In this document: one piece after another, positions 1 through 9,835 of the stretch
How the letters are laid out: every line of letters begins with the position of its first letter
How positions within the stretch are numbered: the stretch's first letter is position 1
Assembly (NCBI GenBank): GCA_965223855.1
Contig: CBDCXM010000008.1
Coordinates: forward strand, 384,001 to 448,000
Source of the DNA: Candidatus Multivoradales bacterium
GTDB lineage: Bacteria; Acidobacteriota; Thermoanaerobaculia; Multivoradales; JAHEKO01
Direction: 5' to 3'
Length of the DNA: 64,000 bases
Notes under the pieces: model-generated
Seen by the model: only the letters and a program-made list of their open reading frames with translations
The model's database searches: none
What the model was told of the DNA's origin: nothing
Position numbers and translations under genes: made by a program

Positions 1-210
1 CGCCTGCGGCGTCAGGCCGCCCGTCTCGCCATGGGTCGCGACGACGCCGACACCGCCCTCGACCAACTCCAGACCGCCGTCGACTGGGCGCCGTGGGAGG
101 AGGGCTGGCGCCGCGATCTCGCGACGATGCTCCGGTCCCGGGGTCGCTACGAGGAGGCGGCGGAGATAGAGAGCGCGGCGCCCCGCCTCGAGGATCACCC
201 CGCCCCATGA
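1..210 (+). CDS. 3' end of a TPR-like protein (partial)
   Basis: Frame 1 reads RLRRQAARLAMGRDDADTALDQLQTAVDWAPWEEGWRRDLATMLRSRGRYEEAAEIE...*, a TPR-like helical pattern. Its TGA overlaps the next ATG (ATGA 207-210). Confidence 0.6.
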   Translation, partial: RLRRQAARLAMGRDDADTALDQLQTAVDWAPWEEGWRRDLATMLRSRGRYEEAAEIESAAPRLEDHPAP

Positions 211-1871
211 AGCGCCCGGGGCCGCTAGCTCTCGATCGTCTTCTCCCGGCGATCTTCGTCGCGGTGGCGACCGCACCCACATCCGCTGCCGACTGGTTCG
301 TCGACGTGGCAGCCGATCGCGGCATCGAGTTCCGCCACGAGGACGGACGGACGGGAGCCAAGTACTACATCGAGACCGGCGGCAGCGGTGGTGGGTGGAT
401 CGACATCGAAGGGGACGGTGATCCCGACCTCTACCTAGTCAACGCAGCCCCCGGCCCCGGCGCGACCTTGAAGACGGAACCCCGCAACGCGCTCTACGAG
501 AATCGCGACGGCCGATTCGTCGACGTCACAGAGGCGGCCGGCGTCGGCGACCCTTCCTTCGGCACCGGCTTCTGCGTCGGCGACGTCGATCGGGACGGCC
601 GAAGCGACTTCCTTCTGACCAACTACGGCGAAGACCGCCTCTTCCTCAACGCCGGGGACGGTCGGTTCGAGGAGATCGGCGCCAGGGCCGGCGTCGCCGA
701 CGGCCGCTGGGGCGCCTCCTGCAGCTTCGGCGACCTCGACGGCGACGGCGATCTCGATCTCTACGTCACCCGCTACGTCAGGTTCTCCTACGACGAGAAC
801 CCCTACTGCGGCGATCGCGCCCGAGAACTGCGGGCCTACTGCCGACCCGATGTCTTCCGGGGAGAGCCCGACTCCCTCTACATCAACCAGGGAGACGGCA
901 CCTTCCGCGAGGAGGGAGAGGCTCGGGGTATCCATCAGGGAGCGGACGAGAAGGGCTTCGGCGTGGTCCTCTCGGACCTCGACGACGACGCGGACCTCGA
1001 CATCTACGTCGCCAACGACGGCACCCCGAACAGGCTGTACGTCAACGACGGGAACGGCCGCTTCACCGAGTTCGGCCTCCTTTCGGGCACCGCGCTGAGC
1101 CGGCGCGGCGCCCCCGAGTCGGGCATGGGTGTGGCGCTCGGCGACTACGACGGGGACCTCGACCTCGACCTCGTCGTCACCAACTACTCGATGGAATCGA
1201 ACGCCTTCTATCGCAACGAGGGAGGTCTGGACTTTTCCGAGGTCTCGGCGCCGGCCGGTCTCAAGGAGGCCTCCTACCCTTTCGTCGGCTGGGGCGCGGC
1301 GCTCTTCGACTACGACAACGACGGCGATCTCGACCTGGCGGTGGCGAACGGCCATGCGATCGACAACATCGAGCAGTTCGAATCGATCCTGACCTACGAA
1401 CAGAAGAACCAGCTGTTCGAGAACCGCGACGGCGTGTTCGTCGAAGTGACCTCGCAGGCGGGCGCCGCCTGGCAGGTCGAACGTGCCAGCCGCGGTCTCG
1501 CCGTGGCCGATTGGAACAGCGACGGGCGGCTCGACCTGCTGGTGACCAACACCAACGCTCCTGCCGAACTGCTCGAGAACCGCGTCGGGAACGCGCACCA
1601 CTGGGTCGGCATCGAGCTCGTCGGCGGTCCCGCGAACCGGCCGGCGCTGGGCGCCCGGGTCGTCCTCACCGCAGACTCCAGGCGCCAGATACGGGAAGTC
1701 GCGAGCGGCGGCAGCTTCCTCGTCCAGGGGGACCTGAGACTCCACTTCGGTCTGGCGGGCTACTCGGGCGCGGTCGAAGCCGAGGTCCGATGGCCGGACG
1801 GCAGCGTCCAGAAGGAGACTCTCGCCAGGGTCGATCGCTACTGGCGCATCGAGCGCCGCGGGAACGAGTAG
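207..1871 (+). CDS. CRTAC1-family protein (FG-GAP/VCBS repeats + ASPIC/UnbV domain)
   Basis: Signal peptide, repeated DxDxDGDxDL Ca-binding motifs and a C-terminal 'GARV...SGGSFLVQ...LHFGL...VRWPDG' UnbV signature. Start moved to ATG 207. Confidence 0.9.
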   Translation: MKRPGPLALDRLLPAIFVAVATAPTSAADWFVDVAADRGIEFRHEDGRTGAKYYIETGGSGGGWIDIEGDGDPDLYLVNAAPGPGATLKTEPRNALYENRDGRFVDVTEAAGVGDPSFGTGFCVGDVDRDGRSDFLLTNYGEDRLFLNAGDGRFEEIGARAGVADGRWGASCSFGDLDGDGDLDLYVTRYVRFSYDENPYCGDRARELRAYCRPDVFRGEPDSLYINQGDGTFREEGEARGIHQGADEKGFGVVLSDLDDDADLDIYVANDGTPNRLYVNDGNGRFTEFGLLSGTALSRRGAPESGMGVALGDYDGDLDLDLVVTNYSMESNAFYRNEGGLDFSEVSAPAGLKEASYPFVGWGAALFDYDNDGDLDLAVANGHAIDNIEQFESILTYEQKNQLFENRDGVFVEVTSQAGAAWQVERASRGLAVADWNSDGRLDLLVTNTNAPAELLENRVGNAHHWVGIELVGGPANRPALGARVVLTADSRRQIREVASGGSFLVQGDLRLHFGLAGYSGAVEAEVRWPDGSVQKETLARVDRYWRIERRGNE

Positions 1872-3463
1872 TTCCTGTTGGCCGGCAGGCGCTCCACCCG
1901 GAGCGTCCTTCCCTCCGCCTCGATCGTGACCGAGAACCCTTCGGCTTCGCCGAGACCGAAGAGCGCTGTCGGCTGACTCGATGACTGGTAGCTCTCTCCC
2001 CGGCGGATGAAGCGGCGCCGGGTCAAGCCACCGGTCGTCACCGCCACCTCGACCCCGACGCCCGGCACTTCGATCGCCACCCATGAGGCGTCAGCGGGCG
2101 TGGTTTCGAAGATCCGCGCGTCGTCGTCGTTGAACGACACCGCCACCGCTGGCGAGCCGTCCCGGTCGTGGTCGAGGAGCGCCAGTCCGCGACCGACCCG
2201 CGGCGTCGCGAGGACCTCAGGAGAGCGAAGGGTGAAGCGGCCCGCACCGTCGTTGACGTACCAGTGCATCGGTTGGCGCCAGGTCAGGCCGTCGTTGAGC
2301 TGCTCGACGTTGTCGATCACGTGGCCGTTGGCGACCAGCAGGTCGAGGTCTCCATCGAGATCGCCGTCCAGGAAGTGAGTGCCGAAGCCGAGCACCGGCA
2401 GCGAGGTGGCAGCCAGCCCGGCGCCGGCCGTCGCATCCAGGAAGCCGAACGGCCGTCGCAGGTAGAGAGTGTTCGTCTCGAGCGTCAGGTTCGTGACGAA
2501 GAGATCGTCCCGGCCATCGGCGTCGACGTCGCCGATCGTCACACCCATCCCCGCTTCGGTGGCGCCGAGGTCGTTGACCGCCACTCCGCGCACGATGCCG
2601 ACCTCGCGGAACCCACCGTCTCCCAGGTTCTCGTAGAGGAAGTTGGGGGTCGAATCGTTGGCGACGTAGAGATCGGGTAGACCGTCGTCGTTGAAGTCGA
2701 GTTCCGCGGCGCCGAGCCCCTTGCCAGAGGGATCGACCAGCCCGGACGACTCGGTCGCGTCGACGAACCTGCCGCCCCCGACATTCATGAAGTACCGATC
2801 GGGCGACATCGGGTAGGTGTCGGGGTGGCAGTACACCGTGATGCCGACGAGTTCGGCGTTGCACTCGACATGCTCCTCGACGCGGTAGTCGAGGTAGTTG
2901 ACGACGTAGAGGTCGAGGTCGCCATCGAGATCGGGATCGAAGAAGACGGCGCTGCTGCTCCAGGAGGGGTCCGCCACGCCCGACTCGGAGGCGACCTCCT
3001 CGAAGGTCCCGTCGCCGCGGTTGCGGAGCAGCTCGTTGGGGCCATACTGCGGCAGGTAGAGGTCGATCCAGCCGTCGCCGTCGTAGTCGCCCGCCACGAC
3101 CCCCTGACCGTAGCCGCCGACACCGGCTGCTCCCGCCTCGAGCGTCACATCGACGAATCGTCGCCCTTCGACGTTGCGATACAGCCGATTGCCGCCGCTC
3201 GCCGACTCCTCGACCAGTGAGCCGGACTGCACGAAGTAGAGGTCGGGCCAGCCGTCGCCGTCGTAGTCGAGGACCGCCACCCCGGCGCCCATCGTCTCGG
3301 GCAGGTAGCGCGTCTCGGTGGCGCCGCGGCGGTGGGTGAAGGAAAGCCCGAGCTCGGAAGTGAGGTCGCGCCACTCACTTTGCGCGGAAGCCGAGCACAC
3401 TGCCACTACGAGGGCGGCTGCCACCCGCGGCACAGGCCGGTGAGCGTGCTTGCCGGTCCTCAC
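1838..3463 (-). CDS. CRTAC1-family protein (FG-GAP/VCBS repeats + ASPIC/UnbV-like C-terminus)
   Basis: 'YLPETMGAGVAVLDYDGDGWPDLY', several DxDxDG repeats and 'GESYQSSSQPTALFGLG'. GTG start at 3463 overlaps the upstream stop (GTGA). Confidence 0.88.
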   Translation of the reverse strand: MRTGKHAHRPVPRVAAALVVAVCSASAQSEWRDLTSELGLSFTHRRGATETRYLPETMGAGVAVLDYDGDGWPDLYFVQSGSLVEESASGGNRLYRNVEGRRFVDVTLEAGAAGVGGYGQGVVAGDYDGDGWIDLYLPQYGPNELLRNRGDGTFEEVASESGVADPSWSSSAVFFDPDLDGDLDLYVVNYLDYRVEEHVECNAELVGITVYCHPDTYPMSPDRYFMNVGGGRFVDATESSGLVDPSGKGLGAAELDFNDDGLPDLYVANDSTPNFLYENLGDGGFREVGIVRGVAVNDLGATEAGMGVTIGDVDADGRDDLFVTNLTLETNTLYLRRPFGFLDATAGAGLAATSLPVLGFGTHFLDGDLDGDLDLLVANGHVIDNVEQLNDGLTWRQPMHWYVNDGAGRFTLRSPEVLATPRVGRGLALLDHDRDGSPAVAVSFNDDDARIFETTPADASWVAIEVPGVGVEVAVTTGGLTRRRFIRRGESYQSSSQPTALFGLGEAEGFSVTIEAEGRTLRVERLPANRNYSFPRRSMRQ

Positions 3464-4455
3464 GTGCCGGTCAGGGAGTCCCAGAGCTCGACTGCATCCG
3501 GCGGAGGGCTCCCCCGCTGAAACAGGACTCGCAGGAGCTCGCGCGCCTCGTCGGTCCGCCCACTGCCGGCAAGCTCCCGAGCGAGATCGATGCGCACTGC
3601 CGAGTCCTCCGGGTGGGTAGCGAGGTAGCTCCTCGCATTGTCGAGGCGATCCTCCTCGGTGCTCAGGGTGGTGAACCTCTCGAAAGCGGCTGCCGCCTCC
3701 GACTCCCTGCCGAGCCGCTGAAGCACGACCGCGCGGTTGTAGACCGCCCCCGCATGCCACGGATGGAGAGCGACGAGGGCGTCGAGGGCTGCCAGCGCCT
3801 CGTCGTATCGTTCGAGACGGGTGAGAGCAGCCCCGAGCCCGAGGCGAGCGTCCGCCGAGCCGGGCTCGAGCGCCGTCGCCTTCTCGAACATCGGCAGTGC
3901 CCGCTCCGGGTTCCCGCTCTCCTGGTAGACCTGTCCCAGGGCGAGCGCGCCCGAGGCCGTCAGCTCGCCGCTCGCAGCCACACGCTCGAGCTCGGTTCGA
4001 GCACGCTCGAGATCTCCCACCGCTCTCGCGGCATGGGCGAGGTTGATCCGCCACGCCGGCCGATCATCGATCGCCAGCGCCCCCTCGAGCTCTGCGATCG
4101 CCTCGCGGTAGCGGAAGAGCGAAGCGAGCGCCTCCGCGAGGTCACGTCGCCACATGGCGCGGCCCGGCCTCTGCTCGACTGCCCGGCGCAGTTCGCGTTC
4201 GGCCTCCCCGAAACGCCCCTGCCTCAGGAGTGACAGACCGAGGAGATAGCGGCCCGCAGGGGTCTCGCGCTGCCCGAGCGCCGCCCGCGCCCACTCTTCC
4301 GCCTGCCAGGAACGACCCTGTTCGATCTTCGCGAGGACGTCCTGCGCCGTCACCCGCCTTCCCTCGGCGGCAGCGCCGAGCAGCGGCCGAACCGGAGGCC
4401 CGAGGAGCACGGCTGCGAGGAGCGAACCAGCGGCAAAGAGACGAGAGCGGAGCAT
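3460..4455 (-). CDS. Secreted tetratricopeptide-repeat protein
   Basis: Signal peptide followed by repeated TPR motifs (YLLGLSLLRQGRFGEAE, ALGQVYQESG, LGLGAALTRLERYDEA). Confidence 0.85.
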   Translation of the reverse strand: MLRSRLFAAGSLLAAVLLGPPVRPLLGAAAEGRRVTAQDVLAKIEQGRSWQAEEWARAALGQRETPAGRYLLGLSLLRQGRFGEAERELRRAVEQRPGRAMWRRDLAEALASLFRYREAIAELEGALAIDDRPAWRINLAHAARAVGDLERARTELERVAASGELTASGALALGQVYQESGNPERALPMFEKATALEPGSADARLGLGAALTRLERYDEALAALDALVALHPWHAGAVYNRAVVLQRLGRESEAAAAFERFTTLSTEEDRLDNARSYLATHPEDSAVRIDLARELAGSGRTDEARELLRVLFQRGSPPPDAVELWDSLTGT

Positions 4456-4518
4456 CGTCGGGACGATAGCAGTCCCCCACTGACGACCCGGATAAGGGGA
4501 CTGCTAGTCTGCCGCGCG

Positions 4519-5088
4519 ATGAACACACAGGCGCACGTCGTCGCGGGATTGTGGTGCTTCGGGCGCCGGCGGCAGCCGGAGCTGGCGTGGCCGCTCGCGA
4601 TCGGAGGCCTGCTTCCCGACGCGCCGATGTTCGTCTTCTACGCCGTGCAGAAGATCCGCGGCGTTGCCGAGGCGACGATCTGGACCCAGCGCTACTTCGA
4701 CTCCGGCTGGCAGACGTTCTTCGATCTCTTCAACTCCCTCCCGCTCATGGCGCTGGCCGCCCTCGTCGCCTGGCGATGCAGACTTCCGGCGCTCATGGCG
4801 GTCGTCGCGGCGATGGCGCTCCACGCGCTCCTCGATCTGCCGCTCCATCACGAGGACGCTCATCGCCACCTCTTTCCATTCTCGGACTGGCGCTTCGCCT
4901 CCCCCATCTCCTACTGGGATCCTGCACGCCACGGCGCGATAGCGTCCCTGGTCGAGATCATCGGCGTGGCCGCGGGGATCGCCGTCGTCTGGCGTCGTTT
5001 CCCGCAACGCTCCGTCCGCGTCCTGCTCGGTCTGATCGCCGCCAGCTACATCGCCTACTTCGGCTACGTCTTCACGGTCTGGGTGTGA
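4519..5088 (+). CDS. Membrane-bound metal-dependent hydrolase-like protein (YdjM-like)
   Basis: MNTxAH N-terminus, 'PD' motif, 'HALLDLPLHHEDAHRHLFP', 'SPISYWD', several TM helices. Confidence 0.6.
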   Translation: MNTQAHVVAGLWCFGRRRQPELAWPLAIGGLLPDAPMFVFYAVQKIRGVAEATIWTQRYFDSGWQTFFDLFNSLPLMALAALVAWRCRLPALMAVVAAMALHALLDLPLHHEDAHRHLFPFSDWRFASPISYWDPARHGAIASLVEIIGVAAGIAVVWRRFPQRSVRVLLGLIAASYIAYFGYVFTVWV

Positions 5089-5089
5089 C

Positions 5090-6133
5090 GTGCTGACTTC
5101 CGATTTCGACTTCGATCTTCCCGAAGATCGGATCGCTCAGGAGGCGGCTCCCAGGGGAGAGAGCCGGCTCTTCGTCACCTCGGAGCAGGGAACGGCACGG
5201 CACCAGGTCATCGGTGACCTCGCCGACCTGCTGAAGCCGGGCGACCTCATGATCGTCAACGACACGCGGGTCATCCCGGCCCGTCTTTTCGGCCGGCGCT
5301 CGACAGGCGGTCGTATCGAGATCCTCCTCGTCGAGAAGTCGGCAACGACCGAATGGACGGCCCTGGTACGGCCCGGCAAGAGAGCCCGGCCGGGCTCCGT
5401 TCTCCTGTTCGCCGACGGCCTCGAGGCCGAGGTCCTGGAGAAACTCGACGACGGCCGCCACCGACTCTCCTTCTCCGTCCCGGTCGAGCCGCACCTTCCG
5501 ACCCAGGGGCAGGTCCCGCTCCCGCCCTACATCCGGCGACCGGCGAGCGAAGCGGACGAGGAGCGCTACCAGACGGTCTATGCGGCCGCCGACGGCGCCA
5601 TCGCCGCGCCGACGGCCGGCCTCCACTTCACACCTGAACTGCTCGACCGGTTGCGCGATATGGGCGTGATGATCGAACCCATCACGCTCCACGTCGGCAT
5701 CGGCACGTTCAAGCCGGTGACCGCCCGACTGGTCCACGAACACGCGATGGAAGAGGAGCGCTACACCATCCCCGAGACGGTCTCCCACGCCGTCGAGGCG
5801 ACTCGGACAAGAGGCGGCGCGATCGTGGCCGTCGGCACGACGGTCGTCCGGGCGCTCGAGAGCGCCGCCCTCCCCGACGGCAGCCTGCGCTCGGGCGACG
5901 GGCGCACGTCGCTCTTCATCACCCCCGGCTATCGCTTCCGAATCGTCGACCGTCTTCTGACCAACTTCCACCTCCCCCGCTCGACGCTGTTGATGCTGGT
6001 GAGCGCGTTCGCAGGAAGGAAGCGAGTGCTCGCCGCCTACCGGGAGGCGGTCGCCGAGGGCTACCGCTTCTACTCCTACGGTGATGCCATGCTGCTCGAT
6101 CGCGACCGTCGCTCCCCGAGCGGCCGCTACTGA
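5090..6133 (+). CDS. queA: S-adenosylmethionine:tRNA ribosyltransferase-isomerase
   Basis: FDFDLPEDRIAQ, VNDTRVIPARL, PLPPYI, YQTVYA, AAPTAGLHFT, TNFHLPRSTL, YRFYSYGDAM. Confidence 0.97.
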   Translation: MLTSDFDFDLPEDRIAQEAAPRGESRLFVTSEQGTARHQVIGDLADLLKPGDLMIVNDTRVIPARLFGRRSTGGRIEILLVEKSATTEWTALVRPGKRARPGSVLLFADGLEAEVLEKLDDGRHRLSFSVPVEPHLPTQGQVPLPPYIRRPASEADEERYQTVYAAADGAIAAPTAGLHFTPELLDRLRDMGVMIEPITLHVGIGTFKPVTARLVHEHAMEEERYTIPETVSHAVEATRTRGGAIVAVGTTVVRALESAALPDGSLRSGDGRTSLFITPGYRFRIVDRLLTNFHLPRSTLLMLVSAFAGRKRVLAAYREAVAEGYRFYSYGDAMLLDRDRRSPSGRY

Positions 6134-6134
6134 T

Positions 6135-6521
6135 CTAGCGGCCGCGGGCGAACGAGACGGGAACACAGAAGAAGATGCCGAAGATCGCGCTGGCCCATAT
6201 CGGCGCGAGCGGCACGCTCTGCTGCTGGGCGAGGGGTGCCGTCGCCCAGACAAGGGCGAGCACGCTGGGTGGCGCCAGCAGATAGACCGGCAGGAGCCGA
6301 CGACGCACCGGCTTGCCGAACGGACGCCGCCGAACCACGTAGAGATTGCCGAGAGCCCAGCCGAGGAGACCGGCGAAGCCGTAGAGCGGGTAGAGCCCCA
6401 CCCTTCCGTATCCCGCCAGGCCGCGACCGGCCAGGAGCGAGATCGCGGCGATCGCCCAGAGGACGACTCCGGTGACCGCCAGCCAGGCCTCGAGTCGCAG
6501 CTTCGGGGGGCGGCTAGCCGT
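6135..6521 (-). CDS. Small integral membrane protein downstream of gcvH (start uncertain)
   Basis: About four hydrophobic segments in the ORF 6135..6569. The likely start overlaps the gcvH stop; the in-frame codon at 6519-6521 is ACG. Confidence 0.55.
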   Translation of the reverse strand, partial: TASRPPKLRLEAWLAVTGVVLWAIAAISLLAGRGLAGYGRVGLYPLYGFAGLLGWALGNLYVVRRRPFGKPVRRRLLPVYLLAPPSVLALVWATAPLAQQQSVPLAPIWASAIFGIFFCVPVSFARGR

Positions 6522-6894
6522 GGTTCGTGAACTCCTCGTACTGCTCGGCCGACATGAGCTCCTCGGCATCGGCGCCCTCGGCGAGGCGCAGACGCACCAG
6601 CCAACCCTCGCCGTGCGGATCCTCGTTGACCTTCTCCGGTGCCTGCTCGAGCTCCTCGTTGACGGCGATCACTTCGCCGGCCAGCGCCGTGTAGATCTCG
6701 GAGACCGCCTTGACCGACTCGATCGTCCCGATCTCGTCGCCGGCCTCGAAGGTCGATCCGACCTCCGGCAGCTCGACGAACACCACCTCGCCCAGCTCGT
6801 CCTGGGCGAACGACGTGATGCCGAGCGTGCACTCGTCACCGTCGACGTCGAACCACTCGTGCTCGTTGGAGTAGCGAAAGTTCTCCGGATACAT
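6514..6894 (-). CDS. gcvH: Glycine cleavage system H protein
   Basis: YSNEHEW, GITSFAQDELGEVVFVELP, lipoyl motif IESVKAVS, VNEDPHGEGW. Confidence 0.97.
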   Translation of the reverse strand: MYPENFRYSNEHEWFDVDGDECTLGITSFAQDELGEVVFVELPEVGSTFEAGDEIGTIESVKAVSEIYTALAGEVIAVNEELEQAPEKVNEDPHGEGWLVRLRLAEGADAEELMSAEQYEEFTNHG

Positions 6895-7135
6895 TCTGTT
6901 CCCCTCCCTTGGAGCCGACAGTCTAACCTGCTCGTCGCGAACCGCTCCCTGGCCTGCGGACTCTGCGAGGTCTCGTCGCGAGAGGCGAAGCGCCCGTCGG
7001 ATCGGGCCACTGGCGGCGACGAGCCACGCGGGCGCACCTTCGGCACGTCGAGGAGCCTGGACGGACCGAGAGGGCGGGCGATCCGACCGGTCAGCAACGG
7101 GACTCGCGAACTGTGCAGGCTCGTCCCGAGCGCCG

Positions 7136-8248
7136 TCAGGCGCGGCGATAGAACGGCAGCTCGACCACCCGTGCCGGGATCCGCCGGCCTCGGACTTCGA
7201 GCTCGACTTCGGTGCCGGCCGCAGCGCTTGCCGCCTCGACCCTGGCGATCCCGAGCGCCTTCTCGAAGGTCGGGCTGAAGGTCCCTGACGTCACCTTGCC
7301 GACCCTCGCGTCACCGGAGAAGACCGGGCTGCCTTCCCGAGCGATCCCCCGACCCGTCACCTCGAAGCCCGCCAGCAGGTGGTCGACTCCCGCCTCCCGC
7401 TGCTCGACCAGCGCCTCCATGCCGAGGAAGTCTCCCTTGTCGAGCTTGACGGTCCAGTCGAGGCGAGCCTCCCAGGGAGTCGTCGTGGCATCGAGCTCGT
7501 GGCCGTAGAGCGCCATGCCCGCCTCGAGGCGGAGGGTGTCGCGCGCCCCCAGTCCGGCCGGTACGAGCCCCGACTCCGCCCCCTCGTCGATCAGGGCATC
7601 CCACACCTCGGGAGCGTCCTCCGGAGCGAGATAGAGCTCGAAACCGTCCTCGCCGGTGTACCCCGTCCGCGAAAGCAGTGCTTTGCGGCCTGCCACCTCC
7701 CCCTGCTCGAAGCCGTAGTAGCGAATGCCGGCGAGGTCCGACCCGGTGAGCCGCCCGAGGAGCTCGACGGAGCGCGGGCCCTGCAGTGCGAGGAGAGCCG
7801 TGTCGTCCGAAATGTCCTCGACCGTGGCATCCGGCGGGCAGTGACTCTCGACCCAGGCCAGGTCGCTCTCCCGGTTCGCTGCGTTCACCACGAGCATGAA
7901 CTCGCTGCCGCCGAGCCTGTAGACCAGCAGGTCGTCCAGATAGCGGCCGCGCTCGTCGAGCAGGGCGCTGTAGTGCGCGCGACCCACCTTGAGCTTTGCG
8001 ACGTTGTTCGGTGTCAATCGCTGGAGGAACGCTTCGGCACCCTCGCCGGAGACACGGAACTCCCCCATGTGCGACACGTCGAACAGGCCGGCCGCGGAAC
8101 GCACCGCCCGATGCTCGTCCATCACGCCGGCGTACTGGACGGGCATCTCCCAGCCGGCGAACGGCACCATCCGCGCGCCGTGAGCGAGGTGCCGTTCGTA
8201 GAGTGCGGTGCGGCGCAGGAGGTTGTCGTCGGTTGGGGTCGTCGTCAT
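7136..8248 (-). CDS. gcvT: Glycine cleavage system aminomethyltransferase T
   Basis: [48 protein letters not shown]. Confidence 0.97.
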   Translation of the reverse strand: MTTTPTDDNLLRRTALYERHLAHGARMVPFAGWEMPVQYAGVMDEHRAVRSAAGLFDVSHMGEFRVSGEGAEAFLQRLTPNNVAKLKVGRAHYSALLDERGRYLDDLLVYRLGGSEFMLVVNAANRESDLAWVESHCPPDATVEDISDDTALLALQGPRSVELLGRLTGSDLAGIRYYGFEQGEVAGRKALLSRTGYTGEDGFELYLAPEDAPEVWDALIDEGAESGLVPAGLGARDTLRLEAGMALYGHELDATTTPWEARLDWTVKLDKGDFLGMEALVEQREAGVDHLLAGFEVTGRGIAREGSPVFSGDARVGKVTSGTFSPTFEKALGIARVEAASAAAGTEVELEVRGRRIPARVVELPFYRRA

Positions 8249-8400
8249 GGCGCGGACCCTATCAGGCGCCCTCACCGTCGTTGGTAAGTGCCAGCATCGC
8301 AGACACTTATGGGAGCCGCCGAATCGGACGAGCGGGAATGTCTGCGGAAAACCGGCGCACCGGCAGGAAACGCGCTGTTTCGTTTCGTAACGAATTCACG

Positions 8401-8520
8401 TAAACTATTGATCTGAAACAACTAACAGCGATTCTACCTGTCGATGGCTGACGGGGCAGTCGATCCGAGCCTTGACACCCTTCGTTCGAAGGACGTCCCT
8501 TTTGCACAGTGTTTTCCACA
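8401..8520 (+). promoter_or_regulatory. AT-richer intergenic block with an IHF-like site, a -35 TTGACA and two DnaA-box-like 9-mers
   Basis: GATCAATAGTTTA on the minus strand (8401-8413); TTGACA 8472-8477; TTTTGCACA 8500-8508; TTTTCCACA 8512-8520. Confidence 0.45.
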
Positions 8521-8683
8521 AGCCCGAACGGCTCTCCAAAGGAGGCCAAACCAGCATGGACAAAGAGAATTCCGAGCGCTTCCAGCTCCATGACTGATGG
8601 ACCGCAGCGAGGCCCGCTCTTCCGGTAAGACCGGCGGCGGCTCTCTCGCTGGTGGACCGCAGGTGGAGGAAGACGCCGAGCGA

Positions 8684-9835
8684 TCAGGCCGCCGCAGGAA
8701 GGCGCGTGCGACCGGCGACGACGTCGAGCTCGCGAGCGAAGTCGCTCGCCACCCGGCTCCACGACAACGGCTCGACAGCGCCGCGCGCTCTCTCCCCCCA
8801 CGTACGCCAGAGCGCCCGTGGCAGCGAGCCGACACGGCGTGTCGCCCGGATGAACGCCTCCCGATCGCCCGAATCGACCGTCACACCGTTCTCGCCATCG
8901 ACGACCAGCTCCCCGGCCGCCGCCTCGGCGAAGGCGACCACCGGCACTCCACTGGCCATCGCCTCCGGGACGACGTTGCCGTAGGTCTCGGTCAGGCTCG
9001 GGAAGAGCAACAGGTCGGCGGAGGCGTAGGCCTCGGCCAGCGCGGTTCCCCTCAGGACACCGGTGAAGGTGACATCGCGGTGGCACTCCCGCAGCCGAGA
9101 CGTCTCGGGCCCGCCTCCGACCAGAACGAGACGGGCTTCGGGGAGCCGGTCCTGCAGCGCGCGGAACGCCTCGACGGCCAGGTCGATGTTCTTTTCCGGC
9201 GCCATCCGTCCCACGTGCAGCACGATCGGGGCGTGCTCTGCGCCGCTCCATTCGCGCCGCAACGTCTCCGATCGCCGGTCGGGCCGGAACAGCTCCCCAT
9301 CGATCCCCCGTCCGGAGCAGACGACGCGCTCGAAGCCGCGCTCCTCGAGCTGCCCCCGGAGCTCCCGCGTCGGGACAAAGGTCCGATCGGCGCGATTGTG
9401 GAACCAGCGCAAGTACCGGGACACCAGTGTCTCGGCGATGCGGGCTCCGTAGTGACCGGTGTAGCTGTCGAAGCGGGTGTGGAAAGTGGTCGTCCACGGC
9501 AGACCGAGCCTTCCCGCAGCGATCGAAGCGGCGAGACCGAGCGGCCCGGGGGTCGAGACGTGGACGACGTCGGGGCGGTTCGTCCGCCAGAGGCCGGAGA
9601 GCTTGCGAGGGCAGAACTCCCCGAAGGAGAGCTCGGGGTAGCGGGGAATCGGGCGTCCCCGCACCAGCCTGACCTCGAACCGCCGATCGAAGTAGTGCAC
9701 CTCGCGCCTCTGTCGCGGACGGACGATCTCGACATCGACGCCGAGGTCGGCGAGGCAGGTCGCCAGCGAGTGAACCGTTCGGGCGACGCCGTTCACTTCG
9801 GGCGGGAAGGTTTCGGTCACGAGAGAAAGTCGCAT
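8684..9835 (-). CDS. GT4 (GT-B) glycosyltransferase
   Basis: MRLSLVTETFPPEVNGVART, VGRMAPEKNI, YASADLLLFPSLTETYGNVVPEAMASGVPVV. Start is coupled to the PAP2 stop (TGATG). Confidence 0.93.
   Translation of the reverse strand: MRLSLVTETFPPEVNGVARTVHSLATCLADLGVDVEIVRPRQRREVHYFDRRFEVRLVRGRPIPRYPELSFGEFCPRKLSGLWRTNRPDVVHVSTPGPLGLAASIAAGRLGLPWTTTFHTRFDSYTGHYGARIAETLVSRYLRWFHNRADRTFVPTRELRGQLEERGFERVVCSGRGIDGELFRPDRRSETLRREWSGAEHAPIVLHVGRMAPEKNIDLAVEAFRALQDRLPEARLVLVGGGPETSRLRECHRDVTFTGVLRGTALAEAYASADLLLFPSLTETYGNVVPEAMASGVPVVAFAEAAAGELVVDGENGVTVDSGDREAFIRATRRVGSLPRALWRTWGERARGAVEPLSWSRVASDFARELDVVAGRTRLPAAA

Noticed and set aside
6895-7135. ncRNA or REP array between gcvT and gcvH
   Set aside because: GC-rich with only weak hairpins and no recurring unit elsewhere in the window.
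8249-8680. Glycine riboswitch upstream of gcvT
   Set aside because: No GGAGA...CCGAAG...CTCTCAGG aptamer core is visible on the minus strand.
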